From: an uncultured Planctomycetaceae bacterium
GTDB lineage: Bacteria > Planctomycetota > Planctomycetia > Planctomycetales > Planctomycetaceae
Assembly: GCA_963976765.1 (NCBI GenBank)
Contig: CAXBME010000010.1
Span: 62,001-126,000 of the forward strand
Length of the DNA: 64,000 bases
Direction: 5' to 3'
This document shows, in pieces, positions 1 to 10,400 of this stretch. Position 1 is the stretch's first letter. Each line of letters opens with the position of its first letter. The notes beneath the pieces are model-generated. The model worked only from the letters and a program-made list of their open reading frames with translations. It did not search any database and had not been told where the DNA came from. The translations under genes and the position numbers were made by a program.

Positions 1-440
1 ACACCCACAATTCCGAAGATCAGCATCGAAACATGCAGCATCACCCAACCGCGGGTCGCTTGCGCAGAAAGTTCCTGAGCACTGATCAACTGGTTCGGCT
101 CCGGGCTGATAAATCGCGAAGCGCTGACCAGAACCAGCACGACTGGCAGAACAAACGCCCCCAGCGGTAGCTGCCAGTCGAGCATCGTCAGGAACAGGTA
201 GATCAGAACTGCAACCCAGGCAAGCACCAGCAGCCAGTCGTGTGACGATGCCATCAACGGTGGCAGATCAGCGTTGTGGCTTCGCTCAAGCAGGTAGATC
301 GTATGAGCAGCCAGGCCAGCGAACGTCGCCCCAACCGTCAGCGAGTGGTTCAGCCGGCTCTGCCCTCGAAATCTCAGAAACGCGAACGCCGTAGCGACCA
401 CGTAGCTGGCGAGAAAACAGAAAACACTGACCTTCTCCAT
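1..440 (-). CDS. Cytochrome c assembly (CcsA/HemX-like) membrane protein; 3' end runs off the window
   Basis: Absent from the ORF track; translated by hand from ATG at 440: MEKVSVFCFLASYVVATAFAF...LPPLMASSHDWLLVLAW...GWVMLHVSMLIFG. Open to the window edge, multi-TM, with a W-x-x-x-H-V motif typical of the family. Confidence 0.65.
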   Translation of the reverse strand, partial: MEKVSVFCFLASYVVATAFAFLRFRGQSRLNHSLTVGATFAGLAAHTIYLLERSHNADLPPLMASSHDWLLVLAWVAVLIYLFLTMLDWQLPLGAFVLPVVLVLVSASRFISPEPNQLISAQELSAQATRGWVMLHVSMLIFGIVG

Positions 441-501
441 CAACCGTTTCTCCGAGGTTACTGCCTTAGGAACGTGTCGAGAATACATTCCCGAAAGTCG
501 A

Positions 502-571
502 GCAGGGTGGGTATTGCCCACCAATGTCGATGAACACTCAACCTGTTTTGCTGGTGGGCGATGCCCCCTGC
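502..571. repeat. Degenerate REP-like inverted pair
   Basis: GCAGGGTGGGTATTGCCCACCA (502-523) and TGGTGGGCGATGCCCCCTGC (552-571) are imperfect reverse complements, each with an internal palindrome. Confidence 0.55.
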
Positions 572-592
572 TGGCAATGCAGACTCCGACAG

Positions 593-1645
593 CTAGCGAC
601 TCTCGGAATCCAGACCGTACTCAGTCACTTTTTTGTGCAGAGTGTTGCGGTTAATGCCCAGCCGTTCTGCCGCCTTGATCTGCACTCCCTGACACTGTCG
701 CAACATCTGAGTCAACAGTTGCCGCTCAACCAGCCCCATCACTTTTTCGAATGGTTTCGCGTCGTCAGCGTACTCGGTGAGCCCCAGGGTGACCAGTTCT
801 TCTGCTGTCTTCTCAGCGCCGCCAGTCCGATGCCGACCGATTCGAACTGGAGCCAGACCTCGAACATGCGGCGGCAGAAGATCCGGAGTGAATTCGCCAC
901 TTTGCAGAAGCACCAGGGCTCGCTCGGCGTAATTCTGCAGCTCACGGACATTCCCCGGCCACGAGTATGACTTCAGGGCTTCGATCGTTGCCTTGGCGAT
1001 CGTCGGGATCGGACGTCGATTGATCTCGGCGTAGATCCTAACGAAGTGCTCAATCAGTTCCGGGATATCATCAGGACGCTCGCGAAGCGGCGGCAGATAA
1101 ATCGGCACCACGTTCAGCCGGTAGTAAAGGTCTTCCCGAAACCGTCCGGCTTCAATCTCGTCTGGCAGGTCACGATTCGTGGCGGCCACGATGCGGCAAT
1201 CGACACGGATTGTTTTCGTGTCGCCGACGCGTTCGAACTCCTGCTCCTGCAAAACCCGTAGCAGCTTGACCTGCAGCGTGTAGCTGACCGAATTGATCTC
1301 GTCGAGAAAAATCGTCCCACCGTGAGCAGCCTCGAACCGCCCCGTCCGATTTTCGTTGGCACTGGTGAATGCACCTTTCACGTGTCCGAACAGCTCGCTT
1401 TCGAGCAGGCTCTCGCTGAGAGCGCCGCAATTAACTCGGACAAAGGGACCGGACGCACGAGGGCTTAATTCGTGAACCGCCCGAGCTACCAGTTCTTTCC
1501 CAGTGCCCGTTTCACCTGTCAGCAGCACGGTCGTCGATGCCGGAGCCACCAGTCGCGAAAGTTCAAACACTTCGCGCATGGCCGGACTGTTTCCGATCAT
1601 GCCGGCAATCGAATCTGTTGGACCGGAATTAGACGCGGATGTCAT
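593..1645 (-). CDS. Sigma-54-dependent Fis-family activator lacking an N-terminal regulatory domain
   Basis: GETGTGKE Walker [21 protein letters not shown] Walker [10 protein letters not shown]-terminal [15 protein letters not shown]. Confidence 0.93.
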   Translation of the reverse strand: MTSASNSGPTDSIAGMIGNSPAMREVFELSRLVAPASTTVLLTGETGTGKELVARAVHELSPRASGPFVRVNCGALSESLLESELFGHVKGAFTSANENRTGRFEAAHGGTIFLDEINSVSYTLQVKLLRVLQEQEFERVGDTKTIRVDCRIVAATNRDLPDEIEAGRFREDLYYRLNVVPIYLPPLRERPDDIPELIEHFVRIYAEINRRPIPTIAKATIEALKSYSWPGNVRELQNYAERALVLLQSGEFTPDLLPPHVRGLAPVRIGRHRTGGAEKTAEELVTLGLTEYADDAKPFEKVMGLVERQLLTQMLRQCQGVQIKAAERLGINRNTLHKKVTEYGLDSESR

Positions 1646-1924
1646 TTTGCGTCCTGAACTACTTTCAGGTAAGAGGATGTTACAGAACAATTCAATCGGC
1701 AGTGGAGCACAAGAGTTGAATTCTCAGCGACCGTGAGCACATGAATGTCTGAGAATCGGTCACATTCTGCGCGCATCGCGCGCAATCAGTCAAGCAGAGG
1801 CTTGACTGCTCGACATGTCGCCAGTCCGCCAGTCAGTTCGCCTCGAACCGGCAAACAACGGCTGCCTTTGTGGCGTGCAAAGCTCGCCCGACAAGCTTCG
1901 GCGGTTTCCTGCCCGTCCGGCCTA

Positions 1925-3079
1925 TCAACCTGCGGCAAATTCGTCGACGACGGCGGTCACGTCGGCCTCAGGAATGTCCGCAAACGTTGTGACGTGCCCC
2001 ATTTTTGTCGGAAGAATGAATCGAAGCTGCCCGCCGACGGTTTTCTTGTCGAGCCGCATTTTCGAGAGAATATCTTCCGTGGAGAATGCTGCAGGGTCGG
2101 GGAGCGCGGTCAAGGCGCCGATCTGCTCCAGCAGCTTTCGCTGGCGAGCCGTCATCGCAGCGTCAATCAGCCCGCGTTTCTCCGCGAGCCGACTGGCGTA
2201 GAGCATGCCGATCGAAACCGCCTCACCATGCAGCAACTCGCCGTATCCAGCCAGAGCCTCGAAGGCATGAGCGTAGGTATGGCCGTAGTTGAGTACCGCT
2301 CGCAGACCAGTCCGTTCGTACTCGTCTTCCTTAACAACCATCGCCTTCAGCTCACAGCTTCGTGCGATGATGTGACGCAGCACCGACGACTCTCGAGCGT
2401 TTATTCCGTCGACGTTCTGTTCGAGAAACTCGAAGAAGCCAGCGTCAAGGATGACGCCGTACTTAACAACTTCAGCCAGCCCGCTGCGGTAATCGCGATC
2501 CGGCAACGTCGCAAGCACGGACGTGTCGATGAAGACGCCGAGCGGCTGATAGAACGCTCCGATCAGATTCTTCGCCGCCGCCAGGTTGACCCCAACCTTG
2601 CCGCCAACCGAACTGTCGACATCAGACAGCAACGTGGTCGGAACCTGCACAAACGGCACGCCGCGGTTGTAAGTGGCAGCAAGAAACCCGGAGGCGTCAC
2701 CGATCACTCCGCCACCGACGGCGACGACCACCGTACGGCGGTCGGCCTTCATCTCGACCATCCGCTCGTAAAGGCTGGATATTACCGGCAGCGATTTGGT
2801 TCTTTCGCCAGGCTCAAGCTCGGCCAGTTCAACTCGAAATCCGACAGCCTCAAGACTACTTCGCACAACGTTCGCATGAGCGAGCACGTTCCGATCCGTC
2901 ACGACAAGTGCCGATTGCTGAGTCGAACTTGCACCAAGCCGTTTATCGAGCCACTCGGCTACCGAGCTTCCAACAGACGACAACTGGTCGCTGCAGATTC
3001 GAATGTCGTAGCTGCGTTCAGCCAGATCGACGTTCACGATAAGAGAGTCGGTGGATGACGTTTCGGATTGCTGAGGCAT
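1925..3079 (-). CDS. aroB: 3-dehydroquinate synthase
   Basis: GGGVIGD, PTTLL..VDSSVGGK, KNLIGAFYQP, LNYGHTYAHA, LHGEAV motifs. Confidence 0.97.
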   Translation of the reverse strand: MPQQSETSSTDSLIVNVDLAERSYDIRICSDQLSSVGSSVAEWLDKRLGASSTQQSALVVTDRNVLAHANVVRSSLEAVGFRVELAELEPGERTKSLPVISSLYERMVEMKADRRTVVVAVGGGVIGDASGFLAATYNRGVPFVQVPTTLLSDVDSSVGGKVGVNLAAAKNLIGAFYQPLGVFIDTSVLATLPDRDYRSGLAEVVKYGVILDAGFFEFLEQNVDGINARESSVLRHIIARSCELKAMVVKEDEYERTGLRAVLNYGHTYAHAFEALAGYGELLHGEAVSIGMLYASRLAEKRGLIDAAMTARQRKLLEQIGALTALPDPAAFSTEDILSKMRLDKKTVGGQLRFILPTKMGHVTTFADIPEADVTAVVDEFAAG

Positions 3080-3385
3080 GAGATTTCGTTTCGTGGCTGA
3101 AATTCTCGAATCTGCGATAGTATCAATGCAGGACTATCAGGAGAGGCGGATGATAGACAACGCTGCTCACCACGTCTTCAGAGGAGAACTCCCCAATAGC
3201 CGTCCTGCACTGAGCCCTGTAACCTCGATGACGAGTCGGGTTACCTTATAACGGGGCGCTGCGCTTTGACTCACGTTCGCGCGAGCGCCCTTTCGAAATT
3301 CGTTTTCCGTGTTCTGCAAAAAGGCCACCAGGGAAACAAGGACTATCCCTTAGGCCAGTTCCTGCACAGAGACCATAAAAATGGT

Positions 3386-6300
3386 CTAGCGTTCTGACCG
3401 GGGTAATGCTGGTTTTAAAAATGCTCGCCAGAATGTAGCGCGGGGCTGCTGACGCGTTTGGGCAGCGAAGGGCTTCTGGTCGGTCGGTTCGTTGGGGTCG
3501 GGGTAGCTGACCATGCCGGCAAACGGGAGCGGATCGACTGTCTGGCCGAAGACCGTGTTGAGGTCGGCGTCTTTGTCCCAGCCAACATTGTGCAGGATAA
3601 AGTCGCGTTTCCAGCCGACAGGGAGATCGGTCGACGTTGCTTTGAAGCGAACTTCCATTTCGTCGCCCGCTCCCAGCAGTGCCTGACGATTATCGGTTGC
3701 GGCGATGAGCCCGGTGACGTCTCCGTAAGATGTCAGACGGCCTTCCATCGGCGGCCACTGCTGACAAGCGTTGAGCTGGTTGTAGTCGTAGCTTCCCGGG
3801 CCGAGGCCTGGATGAGGCACTTTCTTCGAGAATCCCCGGTAGTGCAGATCGGCTGCGACCAGCGGTTGCTCCGTTGTACGAATCTCGACAGGCTTTTCGT
3901 CGACGGTGAAGAAGGCGTGGTCCCAGTAGATTTCCATTGTTGTCGCAATGCGGACTCGGTAGTCGTCAGTGGGAAAGACGTCGGACAGATCGATCGCAAT
4001 CGTCTTGGTCTTGCCGCCGGGAAAGCCCATGTACGGTCGGACTTTCTTCCAGTTTCCGTCGGCATCGGGAACATGGACTGACGGCGGCTGTGTTGACTCA
4101 AGATCCGGTCGCTGCGAGATCGCAACGTTGAGTGAAGTGTCCGTCGGTCGGATCCAGCCGGTCAGAAACAGCGTGATGTCCTGCGGGTCTTCGAGCTGCC
4201 CGAGGTCCAGCTCAAGGAAGTGCGGTTCAGTCAGTCCCTGTTTGAACCGGCGGTCGAAACACTGCAGAAAGTCTTCGTCACGAGCTTTGACCTTCGGCAG
4301 AACATCGCGGCCTTTCTGATCAACGGCAGCGACTGGCGTTCTGGAGTTTTGAACGGTGTGAACTTTGAACTGCGAAATGGACGGCGGACCGACTTTTTCG
4401 TTCGAGTAGATGTCGACGTCTGCCGGATGGTCGATCGCGAGCAGCCGGACCGAATCGAAGTAGCCGATCTCCCAGAGTTCCTCCGTCAGCTTCAAGACGT
4501 ACTCGCCGTTCCTTTCCTGGAGCCGGTCGCCGTCGATCTTGAGGTACTCCCATTCGCGCGGCGGAGCGAGGACTCCTTCGGCCAGTTGCAGACCGATCGG
4601 CGCCGCCCAGAGACAGTCGGTGTAGAACGCAAACTTCTCGCCGTCCCACGTGTAGAGAAACGGGCACGAACCTTTCAGTTGCTGCTGCAGGCAGATTGGC
4701 TGACCGTGCTTCGGATTGACGATGTGCTCGGGAACGCCGTTCGTCCAGAGAACTCGTGCCGAATCAGCCTGCTTCTGCTTGCCAAGTCCGAAGTGCGTCG
4801 TTCGTCCTGTGACGACTTGAGGCTGGTAACTGTTGCCAGATCGAAGTTCGAGCAGGCTACCGACGCCGTGAATGTTGACTCGTTCGTTTGGTTTCTGAGC
4901 CTGCTTGGCATCTTCTGCTCGAATCGGGATATCGATCCAGTTGTTGGCGTTGCCACCTTCGTTGATCAGAACTTCGACCGAGTTTTCACAAACGACAACC
5001 AGGTCAACGTCGCCATCCGAGTCGATGTCTGCCGTTTCACAGGCCTTGAGCTGTGAATCGAAATCGTTCTTCGACCCATCAATCGCTTCGAAAACGGCAT
5101 TCGGACCACCTCGATAAAAACCCAGCCGGTGATGATCCATCGCCCATTCCCAGGTGATTGCATCAAGGAAGCCGTCGTTGTCGAAGTCGCACGTTTCAAA
5201 GTCGTAAACTTTCGGCCCTCGAATCAGTCCTTCGTGTGTGAACCGCGTCACACCAGCATCTGCGTTGGATGTTCCGAACCAGGTGAGCTGTCCGCGCACA
5301 TCCATTTTTTCAGTCCTGGTGACGGTCAACAGGTCCCAGGAGAAATTCGAATCTGCGTCGAGCAGTGCCACGGTCCGGTTTTCAAAAACGACATTTGATT
5401 CACGAGGAAACGGTTCCCATCGCAGTTGGCCATGCAGGATGTTTGTGAGCACTCCTCCGGACGTCCCTCCAAAAGCCAGCACGTCAATCGAAACGTTGCG
5501 GTCCCAGTCGACCGCGATCAGCTTGTGAATCTTTGAGTCGGCTGGCGGTAACGTTGAAAACTGTGAGTGGTCGACGAAGGTCGAATCGTCTCGGTTCAGC
5601 CAGACCGAGATCCCAGCCTCTGCAGAGACCACCAGATCCAGATCGCCGTCGTGGTCGAAGTCGACCGGCAACGCGGTGAGGACGTCTCTTACTGCCGCGA
5701 AGTCTTCACTTTGTTCGACCGGGGTTAAAACTCGCGTTCCGGCGTCGTCACCTTCAGTGAGCAGTTCGTTGCGAAGAATGACGAGGCCGTCTTTTCCGTA
5801 CGCGAGAATGTCCAGGTCAGCATCGGCACACATCAGTTTTGTGTCGCCGGAAACGTGCTCGACAACGGCGGCGTCTCGATCAAGGTCAAACAGGCAAATG
5901 CCAGAAAGTTGCGAGGGCAGACCGGCCTCAGACATCGTTAACGAGACGGCTTGTGTCCAGGATGGTTTCTCAGCTTCGCTCTGAGTCCAGACGCTGATTC
6001 GGTCAGCCGCGACGATGACCACGTCCTGATTTTGATCAAGGTCAAAGTCAACGACGTGCGCCTGCCTGACACCTTTCAGTTTCTGAAACGGCGTTTCGAT
6101 CGGCCCAAAACTGACGGGAATAGCTTCGGAAAATTCAGGTTTCGGAAGTGTGTGGCTGGCGTAGAAATCTTCGCCGAAGTCGTGGACGATGAATTCCAGC
6201 AGGTGCGGCGTCACTTTCTTCGCGTCGTTCTGGGTGGCCACTTCCGGGCGCAGCATGTTGCCAACGACAATCGCGCTGCGAGTGACTTTGCTCCAGTCAT

Positions 6301-7090
6301 CATTCTCTCGCGCGGTGAGCCCTTCATCGATCAGGCTGTGAAGATTGACGTTGGTCAGGTTGTCGATTCGTTCGACGAATGGCGTCACGAGTTCTCGAGC
6401 CGCCTTCAGCGTTTCGCCAATGGTCGCGTCCCTGGCTCGAGCCTGAACGCTCAGCCATTCGCGCATCACGTAAAGATTGTTCGGCGCCAGTTCCCAGGCT
6501 TTGGCCAATCCTTCATTTGCCTGGGCGGTCAGCTTGTCGTCTCGTGAATATCGACCGGCATCGAAAATTCCAAACCAGATGGCTGCATCGTCGGGAGCCA
6601 GTTTCGCTGCTGCCTGCAACGCGGCAATCGCGCTGGCGTAATCTTCGGTGCGAAGAGCCAGCCGCGAGGCGATCACATGAACCCGCGCGTCGTTAGAAAA
6701 CTGCTCCAGAAGCTGGTCGACTGTTTCTCGTGCCTTGGCCAGACCGGCATCGAACTCAGGCTGGTTCTCGGCCCGGTTGAGATTCTCCGGCGCAATCTTC
6801 AGGAGCTGTGTGATCGCCATGTTCTGCTGACCGAACCGTTCGTCCGGAAGCAGCGAGATCAGCTCTTCAAAACAGGACGCCGCATCCGACAGGTCGTTGT
6901 TTTCAAGGTGAGCGATGCTGAGGTTCTTCAGCTCGCCAACTCTTGTGAGATTCAGGGGATTTTCAGGCGGTGAATCATTGTCGGCGTCGTCAGGCGGAAT
7001 CAGGAACAGGCCGCCAACAACGATCGCAACAATAGCGAGAACGACCAGGCCGACTTTGGGAACAGATGATGGCCGAGGAGCTTCAGGCAT
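3386..7090 (-). CDS. Membrane-anchored TPR + FG-GAP repeat + ASPIC/UnbV (CRTAC1-like) protein
   Basis: N-terminal TM after MPEAPRP, TPR-like helices, repeated D-F-D-x-D-G-D-L-D loops, HFGLG...VLWTNG and GSCPFLYTWDG. Start placed at 7090. Confidence 0.85.
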   Translation of the reverse strand: MPEAPRPSSVPKVGLVVLAIVAIVVGGLFLIPPDDADNDSPPENPLNLTRVGELKNLSIAHLENNDLSDAASCFEELISLLPDERFGQQNMAITQLLKIAPENLNRAENQPEFDAGLAKARETVDQLLEQFSNDARVHVIASRLALRTEDYASAIAALQAAAKLAPDDAAIWFGIFDAGRYSRDDKLTAQANEGLAKAWELAPNNLYVMREWLSVQARARDATIGETLKAARELVTPFVERIDNLTNVNLHSLIDEGLTARENDDWSKVTRSAIVVGNMLRPEVATQNDAKKVTPHLLEFIVHDFGEDFYASHTLPKPEFSEAIPVSFGPIETPFQKLKGVRQAHVVDFDLDQNQDVVIVAADRISVWTQSEAEKPSWTQAVSLTMSEAGLPSQLSGICLFDLDRDAAVVEHVSGDTKLMCADADLDILAYGKDGLVILRNELLTEGDDAGTRVLTPVEQSEDFAAVRDVLTALPVDFDHDGDLDLVVSAEAGISVWLNRDDSTFVDHSQFSTLPPADSKIHKLIAVDWDRNVSIDVLAFGGTSGGVLTNILHGQLRWEPFPRESNVVFENRTVALLDADSNFSWDLLTVTRTEKMDVRGQLTWFGTSNADAGVTRFTHEGLIRGPKVYDFETCDFDNDGFLDAITWEWAMDHHRLGFYRGGPNAVFEAIDGSKNDFDSQLKACETADIDSDGDVDLVVVCENSVEVLINEGGNANNWIDIPIRAEDAKQAQKPNERVNIHGVGSLLELRSGNSYQPQVVTGRTTHFGLGKQKQADSARVLWTNGVPEHIVNPKHGQPICLQQQLKGSCPFLYTWDGEKFAFYTDCLWAAPIGLQLAEGVLAPPREWEYLKIDGDRLQERNGEYVLKLTEELWEIGYFDSVRLLAIDHPADVDIYSNEKVGPPSISQFKVHTVQNSRTPVAAVDQKGRDVLPKVKARDEDFLQCFDRRFKQGLTEPHFLELDLGQLEDPQDITLFLTGWIRPTDTSLNVAISQRPDLESTQPPSVHVPDADGNWKKVRPYMGFPGGKTKTIAIDLSDVFPTDDYRVRIATTMEIYWDHAFFTVDEKPVEIRTTEQPLVAADLHYRGFSKKVPHPGLGPGSYDYNQLNACQQWPPMEGRLTSYGDVTGLIAATDNRQALLGAGDEMEVRFKATSTDLPVGWKRDFILHNVGWDKDADLNTVFGQTVDPLPFAGMVSYPDPNEPTDQKPFAAQTRQQPRATFWRAFLKPALPRSER

Positions 7091-7138
7091 GGGTGACTCA
7101 TCACAAAGAAGAAAGACCAGAAAATAAGGATGAATTTT

Positions 7139-7213
7139 CTCACGCGAAGACGCGAAGTTCCGGAAGACGGCGCCCAGCCTTCTTTTCTTTGCGTCTTCGC
7201 GACTTAGCGCGAG
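7139..7213. repeat. Periodic imperfect palindrome with CGCRAAG units
   Basis: CGCGAAGACGCGAAG ... CTTTGCGTCTTCGCGACTTAGCG: left and right arms are reverse complements built of 8-9 bp units. Confidence 0.6.
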
Positions 7214-7410
7214 CCCTTTCAGAAGACATCCGCAGCAAACGATTGCGATATTCAGAACGGTCCGGCATGATCGAAGCCTTGGATTCTGCGGACGATGATA
7301 AACAGTGTCAAACCGCAGAATTCTGAGTATTTCGTATCGCCCGCCATACTCTGCCAGAAACGGCAGAAACCACGGCATTCCCGCCTTCCTGCCTCATCCC
7401 GCGCGGACTC

Positions 7411-10400
7411 ATGTTTCTCACCCGGTTTGCTGTTTACCGCCCCGTTACCACGTCGATGGCGTGTCTGATTGTCGTCCTGCTTGGCTGGATGTCAGTCAGA
7501 AGTCTGCGCGTTGACCTGATGCCGGACATGACCTGGCCGATCATCACCGTCACCACGTTGTACCCTGGCGCCGGTCCGGAAGAAGTCGAAACGCTGATCA
7601 CTCGACCGATGGAGCAAACGATTGGCTCGGTGCAGGGCGTCGAGCGGATGTCGAGTTCCAGCTACGAAGGCTCCAGCAGCGTGCGCGTTCAGTTTTCATG
7701 GGGCACCAATCTGGACCCGGCCATCGGCGACATCCGTGCTCGACTGGAACGCCTTCGCAACGACATGCCACCAGGCGTCGAGCCGCCCTATATCCGACGG
7801 TACGACTCGGCGGATTCGCCGATCATTTACCTGGGCCTGCGAACCGATCTTCCACCGGTTCAGGCGACTCAACTGGCCGAGAACTCCATCGCCCCGCGTC
7901 TGGAACAGGCGGCGGGGGTCGCGAGAATTCGCATCCGAGGCGGGACTCGGCGCGAGATTCAGGTCGACCTCGATCGGCAGAAAATCGAATCGCTCGACAT
8001 GACCGTGAAGGAAGTGCTCGACGCGCTCGGTCGAGACAACATCAACCAGCCAGCCGGAGACCTTGACGAAGGGCACTTGCGAATGCTGGTTCGCAGTCGT
8101 GGCGAGTTCACCAGTATCGACCAGATTTCGGACACGGTCATCCGTCAGCGCGAAGGAGCTGTCGTCAGAATTCGCGACGTTGGCCGGGTAATCGATGGCG
8201 AAGAAGAACGCACGGAAGAGACTCGGGTCAACGGCGAAAACGGTCTGCTGATTTATGTCTACATGCAGTCCGGCGCCAACACCGTCGACGTCAGCGAGGC
8301 CATTAAAAAGAAGGTTGACGAGATCAACGAATCGACTCCGGACGGTGAACTGAGCATTCGAGTCGACAAGTCAGATTACATTCGGCAGGCGATTGCCAAC
8401 GTACAGGATTCGGCCATGTACGGATCCGGCCTGGCGATCATTGTGCTGATCATCTTCCTGCGCAGCTTTCGCAGCACTCTGGTCATCGCGGCAACGATGC
8501 CGCTGTCCGTATTGGCGACCTTTGTGTTGATCTACTTTTACGGGCTGTCGCTGAACATGATTTCGTTCGGCGGGCTGGCGCTGGGAATCGGCCTGCTGGT
8601 TGATAATTCCATCGTCGTGCTGGAGAGCATCTTTCGAAAACGCGAGGAAGGCTTCGGTCGGATCGAGGCCGCGATCGAGGGTACGCAGGAAGTCGCGTCC
8701 GCCATCGTGGCCAGCACGTTGACGACGCTGGTCGTCTTTGTGCCGCTGCTGTTTATCGGCGACCAGACGGGGATCATGCTGCGTGAACTGGCGATCGTCG
8801 TGTCGTTCTCGCTGGTGTGTTCGCTGGTGGCCAGCCTGACTCTGACACCCATGCTGACGACGCATCTGCTGTCGGATTCCGAAGGTGTGCGAATCCGTTG
8901 GCTATCGGCGATCGTCAAAGTGTTTCACGGCATCAACGCAAAAGCCTTTGGTGCCGTCGAGTGGTGTTATGAGAAGCTTCTCGGAACGAGTCTGAAGTTT
9001 CCGTTGGCGGTCGCTTTCCTTTTGATTTTATGCCTGGCGACAGTGGCCGGGCTGAGTCCTCGCGTCGGAACCGAGTTTCTGCCAAAGACTGACGAGGGGC
9101 GGATCATCGTCTATACCGAAATGGCTCCGGGAATTCGGCTTGAACGCCTGTCGGAGAAAGCCGGCCTGGTCGAAGAGATTATTCATCGGTCGACGCCAGA
9201 ATCGCAGACCACCGCATCGTTTATCGGTGATGATTCAGACGATGCCGAAGACTGGAACGACGCGTGGTTCAGTCTGCACCTTGCCTCGCGCGACGAACGA
9301 ACCCGTACGGTCGAAGAGATTCGCAAGGACCTGTCCGAGAAAATCGGTACCGTGCCCGGAATGACGATCAACGTGAAGGTCCGCAACGACCTGTTCGGCA
9401 GCAGAATGTTCAACTCGAATGGCGACGGCATCGCTGTCGAGATCCGCGGGCACGATCAGGCGACAGCCGAGGACTTGTCTCAGCGTGTCACCAGGGCGAT
9501 GGAGGCAGTTCCCGGTCTGATCAACATTGAGGCGTACCAGGCTGAACGTCAGCCGGAAGTGTCGGTCGAGATTGACCGAGCACGTTCCAGCGCTCTGGGA
9601 ATCAGCGTCAGCGATATCACGCAGACTCTTGAAACGGCGATCCAGGGAAGCCGCACGACCGTCTTCCGCGAGAATGGCAACGAGTACAACGTGGTCGTCC
9701 GACTTCGAGAAAGCGACCGGGCCAGCATTCAGGACATCGGTCAGGTCGGCGTTCTTGCCCCCGGCGGCAAAGTAATTTCACTGAAGAATCTCGTGACGTT
9801 GAAATCCGGTGAGTCCGCCGTCGGAATCACGCGACTGGACCGTCAGCGGGTTCACTGGGTCGGCTGCAACGTGGAAGATCGAGACCTCGGACACGCCGTG
9901 AGAGACCTGCAGAAAGAGCTGAGAAAGATTCCTCCGGTCGACGGTTTTTCAATCAATGTCGCTGGTGACTGGGAAGACCAGCAGAAGAGTTTTAAGGCGT
10001 TAACCAATGGCTTCATTCTGGCCGTTATCCTGATGTACATGGTCATGGCTTCTCAGTTTGAGTCGATGGGGGCACCATTGCTGATTCTGCTCAGCCTGCC
10101 GCTCGCCGCGCTGGGCGTTGTGGCCATTCTGCTGACAACTGAGACGACCTTGAATGTGCAATCCTTCATCGGGCTGGTGATGCTGGCCGGGATTGTTGTG
10201 AACAATGCCATCGTTCTAATCGACTATATGATGCAACTCCGGCAGCGGAATCCAGAGCGTGCGGGGCTGGAGATCGTCAAACAGGCTGCCGTACGCCGAT
10301 TCCGGCCAATTCTTATGACGACGCTGACAACCGTGCTGGCGATGATGCCTATTGCAATGGGCATTGGCGACGGCGGCGAGTTGCAGGCTCCAATGGCACG

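Noticed and set aside
1745..3058. 437-aa + strand ORF, and similar long antisense ORFs at 28401-29618, 35177-36553 and 47402-48547
   Set aside because: Each lies opposite a well-supported gene and has no recognisable motifs; such shadow ORFs are expected from GC-rich codon bias.
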